64,000 nt of DNA from NCBI GenBank assembly GCA_048940645.1, contig JBHLOI010000008.1, positions 28,926 to 92,925 on the forward strand, in the 5' to 3' direction. Positions 1 to 10,334 of the stretch are shown one piece after another. The notes below the pieces were generated by a model, which did no database searches, had not been told where the DNA came from, and worked only from the letters and a program-made list of their open reading frames with translations. Numbering within the stretch: the stretch's first letter is position 1; every line of letters starts with the position of its first letter. Made by a program: the position numbers and the translations under genes. This DNA is from Promethearchaeota archaeon. GTDB taxonomy: Archaea > Asgardarchaeota > Lokiarchaeia > Sigyniarchaeales > SOKP01.

Positions 1-146
1 AATCAATCCAACAATAATTTATTTAAAAAAGAATAAAAAGACCAAGATTTTTTTCAGATTTGTATAAAAGACTTTATAAACACTTGCAAATATTTAAGAT
101 TTTTACTGTCTTTTCCATTATAAATTTATCCTAAATTAAAATAAAT

Positions 147-1049
147 ATGGACGACTTTATTCACTTAATTTCAGCTGAGTTTCCAGAAATATATTTCATT
201 GAGGGAGCAAGAAATGGTAAATATCCCTATTCTCACTCTCTACTTATTGAAGATTTTATAATTGATACCGGTATCTCAACTAGATTGTTAAGAAAATTAA
301 AAAGAAAGTTCCAGATAAATAATGTATTATTATCGCATTGGCATGAAGATCATACTTCTGGAAATAGAATACTTCCCGATGCGAACTTCTTAGTACATTT
401 AAATGATAAATATTTGATTGAAAACGTTGATAAATTCAATGAATATTATGGTATTTTGAATACCCCTGCTGTTGAGACGTTTGCTTGGTTAGAAGAAGGT
501 CTTAGATTAAAAAATACTAAAATTCAAAAAACTTTTGAAGATAATCAGGTTATTAAGATAGGAGATCATTTAAATTTAAAAGTTATTCATACTCCAGGAC
601 ATACGGCAGGACATTGCTCTTTTTATGAGTTGAATTCAAAATTAGCATTTTTAGCAGATATAGATTTGACTAATTTTGTATTTTATGCCGGAATTGATTC
701 GGATTTGCTTGATTTCGAAAAATCTATTGAAAAGCTTTTACAATTAAATATAGATATTGTTGCTACAGGTCATAGAGGGATTATTGAGGGTAAACAGAAG
801 ATAAAAGAAGAATTAAAAAAGTATAAGTCAATAATCTATAAACGAGATGATCGGCTTTTATCTCAATTTTCAGAGATTAAACCAATAATTGTAAATGATT
901 TCAAGGGTAAAAACCAGATATATAAGTATTATAGTGAGTTTAAGGATTATGAGATTGTAGCCGAATTAATAATGATTCAAAAGCATTTTGACAAATTTTT
1001 GATTCAAAAACTCATTTCTCCAAAAGATAATGGATTTATTCTGAGTTAA
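147..1049 (+). CDS. MBL-fold metallo-hydrolase
   Basis: SHWHEDH (HxHxDH), TPGHTAGH and TGH motifs. Confidence 0.85.
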   Translation: MDDFIHLISAEFPEIYFIEGARNGKYPYSHSLLIEDFIIDTGISTRLLRKLKRKFQINNVLLSHWHEDHTSGNRILPDANFLVHLNDKYLIENVDKFNEYYGILNTPAVETFAWLEEGLRLKNTKIQKTFEDNQVIKIGDHLNLKVIHTPGHTAGHCSFYELNSKLAFLADIDLTNFVFYAGIDSDLLDFEKSIEKLLQLNIDIVATGHRGIIEGKQKIKEELKKYKSIIYKRDDRLLSQFSEIKPIIVNDFKGKNQIYKYYSEFKDYEIVAELIMIQKHFDKFLIQKLISPKDNGFILS

Positions 1050-1155
1050 AAAATTTGACAACTATAAAAAAAAGAAAAAAATTTAATCTTTTTCTTTAGC
1101 TAATCTATCAACTTTACTTGGAATTCCTTCATTAATCGAAACTGATTCAGGGAGT

Positions 1156-1368
1156 TTGCTCATAATTTCTTTAATGTTAACACCGGAAGAAAAAATTTTT
1201 CAATGTTGGCAATTCGCAGAGTGTCCAAAAAATATAAGAGTAGAATGTCCTGCATATCTGAATCATAAATATAGGTTTTGGAAAATCACAGATTGTAAAA
1301 TATCCCCGGAGAAACACGCAGAAATAAAAGAAAAAGTTAGTAAAATTATTCAATTAGAAGATACTTAA
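1156..1368 (+). CDS. small Cys-rich protein, possibly a degenerate two-CW domain; may be a remnant
   Basis: CWQFAECP...CPAY pattern; second CW appears as FW; start uncertain. Confidence 0.3.
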   Translation: MLIISLMLTPEEKIFQCWQFAECPKNIRVECPAYLNHKYRFWKITDCKISPEKHAEIKEKVSKIIQLEDT

Positions 1369-1389
1369 ATTTTGATTTTGTTAGCTAGT

Positions 1390-2913
1390 CTAATTTTTTA
1401 GCTTTGAAAAGTTTAGTAAAATCTTGATTAGTATTTCATAAATTATTCCAACATCCACAATTTTTAATTTTTCATTAGGCGTGTGTTCACCGTCAACAGT
1501 AGGACCAATTGAAATCATTTGAATTCCAGGAATCTTTTGGCTTATTCTTCCTGTTTCTAAACCTCCATGAACAATACTAGATTTAACAGGTCTTTGTAAA
1601 ATTGATTCATATTGTTCTTTGGCATATTTAAGAAATTTTGATTCAGGTTGGGGCGTCCATTCTGGTAATATATCACGTAATTCCATCTGCCAACCTCCTA
1701 GTTCCCCCAGTTGAACCATAGATTGTACAAATGAATTCAATTCAGATCGAATAATACTTCGAGGATAAAGTCGTATAATAATTCTATTATCTTTTGTCCA
1801 GACTATCGCAAAATTATTAGATGATTCAGGAAAGTTTTCATAGAATGGTGAATATCTTAAGACTCCTTGTGGAAAAAGGCTTGTAGTGGAAATGATAAGT
1901 TTTGTATCCTCAGCTGATAGAAATCTTTCTGGTTTTCCTTTTTTACAAGTAATATTTATATGAGGTTCTAGTATTGGAAATCCTACTCTTGAAGCTTTAT
2001 AATAATCATATATTATTGTTAATTCATCTTGAATCAAATTTTCAAAAAACGCTTTATCTTTTGAATTTATAGCAAATTTTATTTCAGCATTTCTAGTAAT
2101 GACATTAGATACTGTACCTCCATTCCATCTGCATAAATAGAATTCAATATGTTGGCTTATATTTGATAAAATTCTACTGATTAATTTATTAGCATTTGCC
2201 CTAGGTAAATGAATATCGCCTCCAGAATGTCCTCCTAATAAACCATCAATAGTTAATTCAAAGAATAGTAGATTTTTCAAAGTATCTTGTTTTAACCATT
2301 CAAATTCTTTTCTAAAATACGTTCTCCTTCCACAAACGGAACCAATTGTAATTTCTCCAATTGGACCACTGTCTAAATTTATCATGTAGTTACTTTTAAT
2401 ATCAAGTGTTTTAACATCCAGATTTGTAGCTCCAGTAAACCCATCTTCTTCATTAACAGTAAAGAGCACTTCAATGGGTCCATGCGAGGTGACTTTTTTA
2501 TTATCTATTAAAATTGCTAATGCTAATGCCACCCCTATTCCATCATCTGCTCCCAAAGTGGTTCCATCAGCATCAATCCACTCACCATTATCTTGTATTC
2601 TTAGGGGAATTCCACTTTCATCAAAGTTATATCCCTCTGGTCTATCTGTTTCACAAACCATATCTAAATGAGCTTGAAGAAGAAGGGGAGGTACTGATTC
2701 CATCCCGTTTGTAGCCGGTTTTTTAATTAAAATATTACCTACCGTATCTTCAGAAATATTAATTTCGAGTCTTTTTAGTTCTGCTTGCTCAATCAACCAA
2801 GATTTAATCTTATTTCTAATTTTATCTTCCTTTTTAGAACGACGCGGTGTTTTAGCAATTATTTCTTCAAAAATATACCATACAATTTTTGGTTCTAATT
2901 TTTCTAATACCAT
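1390..2913 (-). CDS. pepD: aminoacyl-histidine (beta-Ala-His) dipeptidase, M20C
   Basis: LQAHLDMVCE, GTTLGADDGIG, TVNEEDG, GGHSGGDIH, VHGGLETG. Confidence 0.9.
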   Translation of the reverse strand: MVLEKLEPKIVWYIFEEIIAKTPRRSKKEDKIRNKIKSWLIEQAELKRLEINISEDTVGNILIKKPATNGMESVPPLLLQAHLDMVCETDRPEGYNFDESGIPLRIQDNGEWIDADGTTLGADDGIGVALALAILIDNKKVTSHGPIEVLFTVNEEDGFTGATNLDVKTLDIKSNYMINLDSGPIGEITIGSVCGRRTYFRKEFEWLKQDTLKNLLFFELTIDGLLGGHSGGDIHLPRANANKLISRILSNISQHIEFYLCRWNGGTVSNVITRNAEIKFAINSKDKAFFENLIQDELTIIYDYYKASRVGFPILEPHINITCKKGKPERFLSAEDTKLIISTTSLFPQGVLRYSPFYENFPESSNNFAIVWTKDNRIIIRLYPRSIIRSELNSFVQSMVQLGELGGWQMELRDILPEWTPQPESKFLKYAKEQYESILQRPVKSSIVHGGLETGRISQKIPGIQMISIGPTVDGEHTPNEKLKIVDVGIIYEILIKILLNFSKLKN

Positions 2914-3054
2914 TTTTTTATACCCGCTTCATTTTAGTATTAATTAAGAGCCTTTACTTTAAACCCTTTTTAAAAAAGGATAATAAAATTTTTATTCCGA
3001 AATATATTGAACAATTCAAATTATTATTAAAATTAAAAAAATATTGAGGAGAAA

Positions 3055-3825
3055 TTGATTTTGGAAGATATTGTATTATATGAAAAAGAGGGTGATATAG
3101 GTAGAATAACCTTGAATAAACCAGACCAACGAAATGCTATTGATTTGAATGTTCTTAAAAATTTAATTGAATCTTTTAAATTAAGTGCGAAAAATGAAGA
3201 TGTATGTGTAATTTATGCAGCTAATGGTAAGCATTTTACAGTTGGAGCTGATTTAAAATATGGATATGAATTATTAACGACTAAAAATAGATTAGGCGAA
3301 GCTGTTGAATTTCTGGAATCATGGCAAATTTTAACAAGAGCTATGATGGCACATTCCGGCATTATAATTGTTGGATATCATGGTTGGGTTATAGGTGGAG
3401 GATTTGAGCATACTCTTGCGTGTGATATAAGAATAGCTGCTTCAGATACAAGGATTATGCTTCCTGAAGTTGGAATTGGTCTTTTCTTTTCAAATGCTTC
3501 TACTAAATTGTTACCGCGAATTATTGGAGAAACACGGGCCAAAGAATTAATGATTTTGGGTAAAGAAATTACTGCTGAAGAAGCATTGAATATAGGCTTA
3601 GTTAATCAGCTCTGTCCACTTGCAAGTTTAGACAGAATTTTGAAGAAAACTGCTAATATGATTATATCTAAAGATCAATTAGCTTTAAGATATACAAAGT
3701 CGCTCATTAATGAAAATCAAGATTTAAATATTGAATCCGTTTTAGCTCGCGAATCTATTGCAATGATTACTACTGGACAATCTGATGATGTTAGAAAAAG
3801 ACTTAAAAAGTTTGTAAAAAAATAA
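3055..3825 (+). CDS. enoyl-CoA hydratase/isomerase family protein
   Basis: FTVGADL, GGGFE..LACDIRIA, LPEVGIG crotonase motifs. Confidence 0.9.
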   Translation: MILEDIVLYEKEGDIGRITLNKPDQRNAIDLNVLKNLIESFKLSAKNEDVCVIYAANGKHFTVGADLKYGYELLTTKNRLGEAVEFLESWQILTRAMMAHSGIIIVGYHGWVIGGGFEHTLACDIRIAASDTRIMLPEVGIGLFFSNASTKLLPRIIGETRAKELMILGKEITAEEALNIGLVNQLCPLASLDRILKKTANMIISKDQLALRYTKSLINENQDLNIESVLARESIAMITTGQSDDVRKRLKKFVKK

Positions 3826-3841
3826 GAGGGAGAAATAAGAA

Positions 3842-5008
3842 ATGAAAGTTAATTATAAAGCAATCACTTCCCCTCCAAACAAAAAAGAATTAATTAGTCG
3901 ATTAGAAAAAGTAAGAATTTTAATGGAAAGAGAAAATTTAGATTATTATATTTCTTTCGATCCAGTTAATATCTATTATTTAACTAATTTTGCTTTTTAT
4001 GTTCATGAAAGACCCTTTATTTTAATTATTCCAAAAGAAGGGTTTCCTCAAATGTTGATTCCTCTTTTAGAAAAAGGACATTTTGAACAACGAGCAATAT
4101 TAGAGCTTGATTTTATAATTTATTATGAATTTCCTGCTCGTGAGGGTAAGAATTGGTTTGATTTCTACCAGAAATTAATCAATAAAGATGCTACTGTAGG
4201 AATTGAATCTATGATGCCGATGGGTATAGTAGACAAAACTCCTGGTAAAAAAATCATAATAGATCTTATTGAAGAGGTACGAATCATTAAAACAGATTAT
4301 GAAATAGGGAGAACAATTCACGCATGTAAAATTGTTAATAAAGGACATAGAGTTTTACTTAAGAAATGTCGACCAAAAGTTCTTGAATTTGCTCTTTATA
4401 AAGAAGTCACAAATGCTATGACTTCAAAGATTGTACAAGATATTCCTAATGCTAATTTTAGAGCTACACAAACAACAGCTGCAGTTTGGCCACCTTCAAT
4501 TTCTCATGACCCACATTTAGTTCCTCATATATTTACCGAGATGGAAGAAGGAGGGCCCCATGTTTCTATAGTCCAAGCCCAAGTTGATGGTTATGGTGTT
4601 GAGCTGGAACGCACTTTTTTCTTAGGACATGTTCCAGAAAAAGCAAAAGAACCATTTGAAGTTATGATTAGTTCAAGAGCTTTGGCTTATCATCTTTTAA
4701 AACCAGGTAGCGTTATGAGTGAAATTGATAAAAAAGTAAGAAAATTTATATTCGAAAAGGGTTATGCTGATTACATAATTCATCGTACTGGTCATGGTTT
4801 TGGAATAACTGGACACGAAGCTCCATATATCGCTGAAGGATATGATCGAAAACTTGAACCAAATATGATAATTAGTATCGAACCAGGAATATATATTCCA
4901 GGATTAGGAGGGTTCCGCCACTCCGATACAGTGTTAATTACTCAAGAGGGGTATCAAAAATTAACTAAAGCTCCAGAAACAATTGAAGATCTAACAATAA
5001 CGATTTAA
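3842..5008 (+). CDS. Xaa-Pro peptidase family protein (M24)
   Basis: creatinase N-domain, HRTGHGFG..HEAP, SIEPGIY..GGFRHSD. Confidence 0.9.
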   Translation: MKVNYKAITSPPNKKELISRLEKVRILMERENLDYYISFDPVNIYYLTNFAFYVHERPFILIIPKEGFPQMLIPLLEKGHFEQRAILELDFIIYYEFPAREGKNWFDFYQKLINKDATVGIESMMPMGIVDKTPGKKIIIDLIEEVRIIKTDYEIGRTIHACKIVNKGHRVLLKKCRPKVLEFALYKEVTNAMTSKIVQDIPNANFRATQTTAAVWPPSISHDPHLVPHIFTEMEEGGPHVSIVQAQVDGYGVELERTFFLGHVPEKAKEPFEVMISSRALAYHLLKPGSVMSEIDKKVRKFIFEKGYADYIIHRTGHGFGITGHEAPYIAEGYDRKLEPNMIISIEPGIYIPGLGGFRHSDTVLITQEGYQKLTKAPETIEDLTITI

Positions 5009-5020
5009 AGAGAGTTATCT

Positions 5021-5524
5021 TTAAATTTCCTTAGCGATTTTTTCTAAGGATTTTCTATTTTTAGGTTTTGGAATTTCACCTTCAATATAACCCATTGGTA
5101 AGACAGTTAGTACAAAATCATTTTTCCCAAGTTCAAGAATTTCTTTCGCTTTCTCACGATCCATTGAACCAATCCAACAAGTACCTATTCCTAAAGCCCA
5201 AGCCATCAACATCATATTCATCGATACTAAAGAGGTGTCTTGAATATACCATTTTGGATTTTGATTTTTTTTTCCTACAATAGCTATAATCAGAGGAGCC
5301 TTTCCCAAAAATTTACCATATGTAGCTACCTTTGCTAATTCTTGCTTCTTTTTTTCGTTCTTGACTACAATAAATTCCCAAGGTTGTCTATTCGAAGCGC
5401 TAGGAGCCCACCTACCTGCTTCCAATATCATTTTAATTTCCTTATCTGAAATCATTTTTCCTTGAAAATTACGAATAGTTCTTCTATTTTTTAGGAAGTG
5501 CAAAAATTTTTCAGGATCAATCAA
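5021..5524 (-). CDS. nitroreductase family protein
   Basis: RRTIRNF, APSASNRQPWEF, GIGTCWIG. Confidence 0.9.
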   Translation of the reverse strand: MIDPEKFLHFLKNRRTIRNFQGKMISDKEIKMILEAGRWAPSASNRQPWEFIVVKNEKKKQELAKVATYGKFLGKAPLIIAIVGKKNQNPKWYIQDTSLVSMNMMLMAWALGIGTCWIGSMDREKAKEILELGKNDFVLTVLPMGYIEGEIPKPKNRKSLEKIAKEI

Positions 5525-5642
5525 TTTTCCTCAAGTAAAATTATTTTATTTTATAAGATTTAATTATTTAGTAATTAATTAAAAATTGCTATCTAGTAAT
5601 AGAAGTAAGAAATTGAATATTAACATTTAAAGCAAAAAAAGA

Positions 5643-6890
5643 TTAGACTTTATTAAAGTATTCCGAATCGAGGTTTGGATATATTTTCTTCTTTCTTCCA
5701 TCCTTTTTAAAATTGATTAACTCGAGTTCTTTTAATTTATTAACATGATATTGAATAGTTTTATGATCTACCTTAAATCGTTTAGTAATCAGATTACTCC
5801 AGAGACCAGGTTCATTTTCTATCATTTCCAAGATTTTTAAAGTTAATTTACTCTTGCTTAATTCAATATCTAAATTTGAAATAGGATTTTTTTGATAATA
5901 TGGGAAGTAAGCTATAAATTTACTAATTCTTTTTTTACCTATTATTTTATATGTTTCTAAGATGTCTAGATGCCATACTAAATTTCCAGCAGCAAGTCCT
6001 GTTTGCCTTAAAAGCTCATTAAAGTGTATTCCTGGCTGTTCAAGTATTAAATCTATAATTTTATTTCTATTCTCATTTTCTAATACTTCTTCTAAAGTTA
6101 ATCGGTGTGCTCCTTTTTCTATTGGAGTTTGTCTTGTTCTTAGATAATGGAAATAATCTTTTTTTGAAATTAGAATTATGATTGATCCAAATGCCACAGC
6201 AAAAATAATTATCAAAATTACCCAAAACCAACTATCAAAAACTTCGCTTAGCTCAAAAAATGTAATATAATAATCAGTCCCAGCTTCAAGATTTGAGAGA
6301 GAACTTTCTAAATAATATTCAGAGCTAGACTCATTAAATTTATCAAATGTTTCTACAAATTGCCAAGAATCTTGGGATGGTTCAAATATAACCATGGAAT
6401 ATTGACTATTTGGACTGAAACCATAAAAAGTGTTTTTTTTGCTATGGAATGTGACATTTTCGATGGTCACATTAGATTTCACTTGGTAAATACAGTTATA
6501 TCTGTATTGAAATTGAAAACCTCCTCTTCCAGGAGTTTCAGGTTGTTTTGATAAGTTAAATCCTCCCATATTAATTTTACTGGTGATATTTAATGAAATT
6601 GGGAAACTATTATTAACTATTAAAAAAATCTCGCGATTTGCTATTCTATTCTCATAATTGATCCTAATATGTATAAAAGTGTCAGTAGAAACTCCTAAAA
6701 CAATATTATTAGGGAATTTATAAATAACTGTTTCATTTGGATAGATTTGATCTTCTGTAGAAAAACCAGGAATAATTTCCGTTCTTGCGGAAACTTGATA
6801 TATGAAGAATGTGAATTGCAGTATGATAACTGATAAGATTAAAATACTAAAGATGCGAGTCTTCCTCTTTTTAATATTCCAAAAAAACAA
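5643..6890 (-). CDS. membrane-tethered transcription regulator: signal peptide, ectodomain, TM helix, tandem winged-helix domains
   Basis: N-terminal hydrophobic signal; TM WFWVILIIIFAVAFGSIIILI; LENENRNKIIDLILEQPGIHFNEL..L.WHL wHTH plus a second wHTH. Confidence 0.8.
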   Translation of the reverse strand: MFFWNIKKRKTRIFSILILSVIILQFTFFIYQVSARTEIIPGFSTEDQIYPNETVIYKFPNNIVLGVSTDTFIHIRINYENRIANREIFLIVNNSFPISLNITSKINMGGFNLSKQPETPGRGGFQFQYRYNCIYQVKSNVTIENVTFHSKKNTFYGFSPNSQYSMVIFEPSQDSWQFVETFDKFNESSSEYYLESSLSNLEAGTDYYITFFELSEVFDSWFWVILIIIFAVAFGSIIILISKKDYFHYLRTRQTPIEKGAHRLTLEEVLENENRNKIIDLILEQPGIHFNELLRQTGLAAGNLVWHLDILETYKIIGKKRISKFIAYFPYYQKNPISNLDIELSKSKLTLKILEMIENEPGLWSNLITKRFKVDHKTIQYHVNKLKELELINFKKDGRKKKIYPNLDSEYFNKV

Positions 6891-6968
6891 TTAAGCTCAA
6901 TTTTATGTTTTATTAGTAATTTTTATTAAAATTAAAAAAAAATTATTTTAAAATATACCTATAATATT

Positions 6969-7664
6969 CTATTTTCTTTTTTTATAATAAATGATAGCAA
7001 CAACTACAACACCGGCTACTACAGCTCCACTAACACCTATAATTACGTATAGTGTATTGTCGGGGATTAATATCGTCCAATATGAGAAATGATCAACAGT
7101 TGCGGTTAGATATCCATCTTCAACAGTTGTTGGAACTGAAACCCATTCACTCGTTGCTTCATCATAATAGGCCCATGCTCCTACTCTGTTTTCATTATTA
7201 GCTTGAATTCTTAATCGTGCTTGTAAAAAAGTACCATTGCATTGCATATAAACACAGAAGCCTTCTTCATATCGGTAAGTATTACGATTTCTTATACGAT
7301 AAGTATTCCCCATCTGTAGACCTAGTTGAATTTCTTCTCGTGTACAAATCATATTCATCTGAAGATCTTGATTTCCTTCAATTTCTACCATAAAATCTTT
7401 GGTGCCTATTCGAACAAAGTCACAATCTATATTTAACTGTAGGGCTACATTAGCGTGGAATGTTAATTGAGTTTGGTGTTGGAATCGAAACATTGTTCTA
7501 TTTTGTGCCTTAAGTGAATAATCATTAACATATGGATCATTTGTATCTATAATTTGGTCTGGTGACTCAACAGCAACAACATTAAATGAACTAAATGCAG
7601 AAAAGAGCATCATCAAAACAATTGTGCTTAGAACTATTTTACTTAATTTTTTCATTTTTTTCAT
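6969..7664 (-). CDS. single-pass surface protein with juxtamembrane HFS motif
   Basis: signal peptide from MKKMKKL (7664); TATVDHFSYW immediately before a C-terminal TM helix and KKRK tail. Confidence 0.75.
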   Translation of the reverse strand: MKKMKKLSKIVLSTIVLMMLFSAFSSFNVVAVESPDQIIDTNDPYVNDYSLKAQNRTMFRFQHQTQLTFHANVALQLNIDCDFVRIGTKDFMVEIEGNQDLQMNMICTREEIQLGLQMGNTYRIRNRNTYRYEEGFCVYMQCNGTFLQARLRIQANNENRVGAWAYYDEATSEWVSVPTTVEDGYLTATVDHFSYWTILIPDNTLYVIIGVSGAVVAGVVVVAIIYYKKRK

Positions 7665-7933
7665 CTGATTTATTTTAAATATTACAAAAGAACTTAGTAT
7701 AAAAAGCATTGAGGAATAATCTTTCCCATTAAAGTGTAGATTAATGAAAATTTGATGGTTTCAGAAAACGGCTAAAAATTTTAGGAAGTCAAAACTTAAG
7801 TTTTAATATTATAATTTAGAAATAAATATTATACACTTTAAAAAATAATAAAATTATTGAAAAGGAATTCATTTTTTATAAAAAGTAATTATATTTTTAT
7901 TATATACTAAATTTGAAAATTGGAGAAAAGCTT

Positions 7934-10189
7934 ATGTCTCTAAAAGAAATTACAAAAGGAATTTTTACTCGCTACGGATTTACTGAAGAGCAAATCCTTG
8001 TATATTTGGTTTATTTAAGAGTACCAAGAGCTACTGCTTCGGAGGTTTATTTAACATTAATTGAAGAACATGAAACTTTTACCTTTGAATCTGTTTTACA
8101 AATTACTGAATGGTTAGTTGAAAAAGGATTTCTTAAAAAAGTAACTGGGATTGTAGACCGATTTATCCCTCTTGAACCCTTCTTTGAATTATATATTGGT
8201 GAATCTGAGGTTTTTAGAGGTGAAATCGCTAAAATTAAAGATAATATACTAGCCGACCAAGCAAAACGATTTGAAAAACTTGAAGTAATTCAAGATAAAA
8301 GTATAGATGAGGTTGTTACTGCCGTTGATAACCAAATTAAGGCTTTTTTTGAGGATTCTGACACAAAAAACAACAATAAACGAGAACGGATTAATAGCGC
8401 AAGAAATCGATTCACAGACACCTCTAAAACCTTAGAGGAAAATCTTCATAAGATTATTGATACATTAAATTCAGATGTAAAAAATATTAGCGATAATAAA
8501 ATAAAGGAAAATGAGACTGCAATCAATAGAACAAAAGATAATTTAACAAGCCTTATTTCGGATTTATTAAGTGATTTTTCAAAACGAGTTGAGGATCTTG
8601 AAAAAGAATTAAAAAAGGATTTAGATGATCATGTAGAGAGACATAAAACCATTGCAAGTGATTTAAAACCAAGAATGGAACAAATTCTTGAAAAATATTT
8701 AGAAAGAATGGATAAAATTATTACTGATTTGAAAGAGAGAATTTCGCGCCTCTTAAAAGAACATCTTAATCATTTAAAGAACACAACAGATACATTATCT
8801 ACAAACCTAAAGGCAACAGTGGATGAAAGACAACGAATTTTAACTGACCAAACCAATGAATTTAAGAGTATGACATTAACTCTAATTGATAATCTCTTAG
8901 AGCATGCAAATCGATTCACGGATTTTTCAGCAGACATGGCTAAAAAAGGTTTCTTCTGGATGGGAAAAAAGAAAAAATATAAAGCACGACATGAAACAAC
9001 AATCCAAAACATTTTAACTTATACAGAACCAATGAAAGATGATTTCACAAAAGTAAGTGAAGATTACATTAAAGATACAAGAGATACTACAGATACTCTA
9101 AAGAGTGATATAACAGACACAATGACTAAAGAGAATGATAATGTTGTTACCGAGACAACTGATCTTGATCAGAAAGCGCAAGAAACAATTAATGTTCAAT
9201 TAGAAACTTTAGCGGCGGATATGGCAGGTGAAATTGATAATACCCTAACAAGTGGAGTAAAGGATTGCTCAGATACGAATATAAAATTGAAAGATTCTTT
9301 AGAAAATACATTAAAACAACATGAAAGACAATATGATGAGGCTATCAATAGACATAAAGAAGATGCATTAAAACATTATACTGGATTTGATACAGAAGTT
9401 AAGCAAATAAAAGAAAATTGGATTCGAGATGTTGATGATAAATTTATTGGTGGTAAAAGAGATTCATCTGAAAAAATAACTTCTGAAATTAGTTTATGGG
9501 GTGATGAATCGGCAGATCTTGATAGAATGTTAAGTGAAATGCTCACAGACCATAAATCAAAATATGAGCAAAATGCTAAAACTCTTCAAAGTAGTTTGTC
9601 AAACACAACGCGAGATACAACGCAAAACATTAAGGATGCAATAGCAGATTTTACCTTACAGTTTATGAATTCTATTGATGATGCAACAGAATTAGCTGAA
9701 AGTAATGAAGGAAAATTAAGAGATATTTTCAATAGCTCTGCTTCAATTCCTGAATTAGCAGAAATAACCACGTGGCCAGTATTTGGAAAAGATGCTATGG
9801 TTGCTGCAATTAAGGATGCTGTTTTTAGGACAAAATCTTCAATTATTATTGTCATGCCCTATGTCATCCCAGAAGTTTTGCAAGTAATAAGTGAATTTGC
9901 ATACCAGAAAAAAGCAGCAAGATTTTTACTTACTAGTCATTTTGATATGAATCAATATGGAGATATAATAAGAAAGATGATGGCTCTTGGAAATATACAA
10001 TTCAGACAATTAAGTGGTGCTGGAGAATTTTTTGCTGTCACACGAGATGCCGAAGAGGTAATATTGGGTCCAGCAACTGATAAAGAAAGTGAAATGATAA
10101 CTATTGTCTCTAATCAAATGCAGTACAGCGTACTGTACTCCCAGTTCATCGGTCCGATTTTTCAAGCGAATTCCCGCCCGATTAAATAA
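7934..10189 (+). CDS. TrmB-like protein: N-terminal wHTH, ~500-aa coiled coil, C-terminal TrmB/PLD-like domain
   Basis: YGFTEEQILVY..RATASEV..EKGFL..FIPLEP; long helical centre; TWPVFGKDAM..KSSIIIVMP..RDAEEVILGP; ATG at 7934 preferred over TTG at 7913. Confidence 0.7.
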   Translation: MSLKEITKGIFTRYGFTEEQILVYLVYLRVPRATASEVYLTLIEEHETFTFESVLQITEWLVEKGFLKKVTGIVDRFIPLEPFFELYIGESEVFRGEIAKIKDNILADQAKRFEKLEVIQDKSIDEVVTAVDNQIKAFFEDSDTKNNNKRERINSARNRFTDTSKTLEENLHKIIDTLNSDVKNISDNKIKENETAINRTKDNLTSLISDLLSDFSKRVEDLEKELKKDLDDHVERHKTIASDLKPRMEQILEKYLERMDKIITDLKERISRLLKEHLNHLKNTTDTLSTNLKATVDERQRILTDQTNEFKSMTLTLIDNLLEHANRFTDFSADMAKKGFFWMGKKKKYKARHETTIQNILTYTEPMKDDFTKVSEDYIKDTRDTTDTLKSDITDTMTKENDNVVTETTDLDQKAQETINVQLETLAADMAGEIDNTLTSGVKDCSDTNIKLKDSLENTLKQHERQYDEAINRHKEDALKHYTGFDTEVKQIKENWIRDVDDKFIGGKRDSSEKITSEISLWGDESADLDRMLSEMLTDHKSKYEQNAKTLQSSLSNTTRDTTQNIKDAIADFTLQFMNSIDDATELAESNEGKLRDIFNSSASIPELAEITTWPVFGKDAMVAAIKDAVFRTKSSIIIVMPYVIPEVLQVISEFAYQKKAARFLLTSHFDMNQYGDIIRKMMALGNIQFRQLSGAGEFFAVTRDAEEVILGPATDKESEMITIVSNQMQYSVLYSQFIGPIFQANSRPIK

Positions 10190-10334
10190 ATCTCGTTTTT
10201 TTCCTCTATTTTTTATTTTTTTGTATAAGTTAGTTATTAAAAGTAGAAAATTAATAGAAATAATGATTATAGGTCCCTAGCCACGATTTACCCTTATATA
10301 CTTAAACATTTTTGCTCCCTTAAATGATGGTGAT

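Noticed and set aside
10105-10150. SECIS element (AUGA...GA on the minus strand)
   Set aside because: Poor helix after the core, no apical AA motif, and no UGA-interrupted selenoprotein gene nearby.
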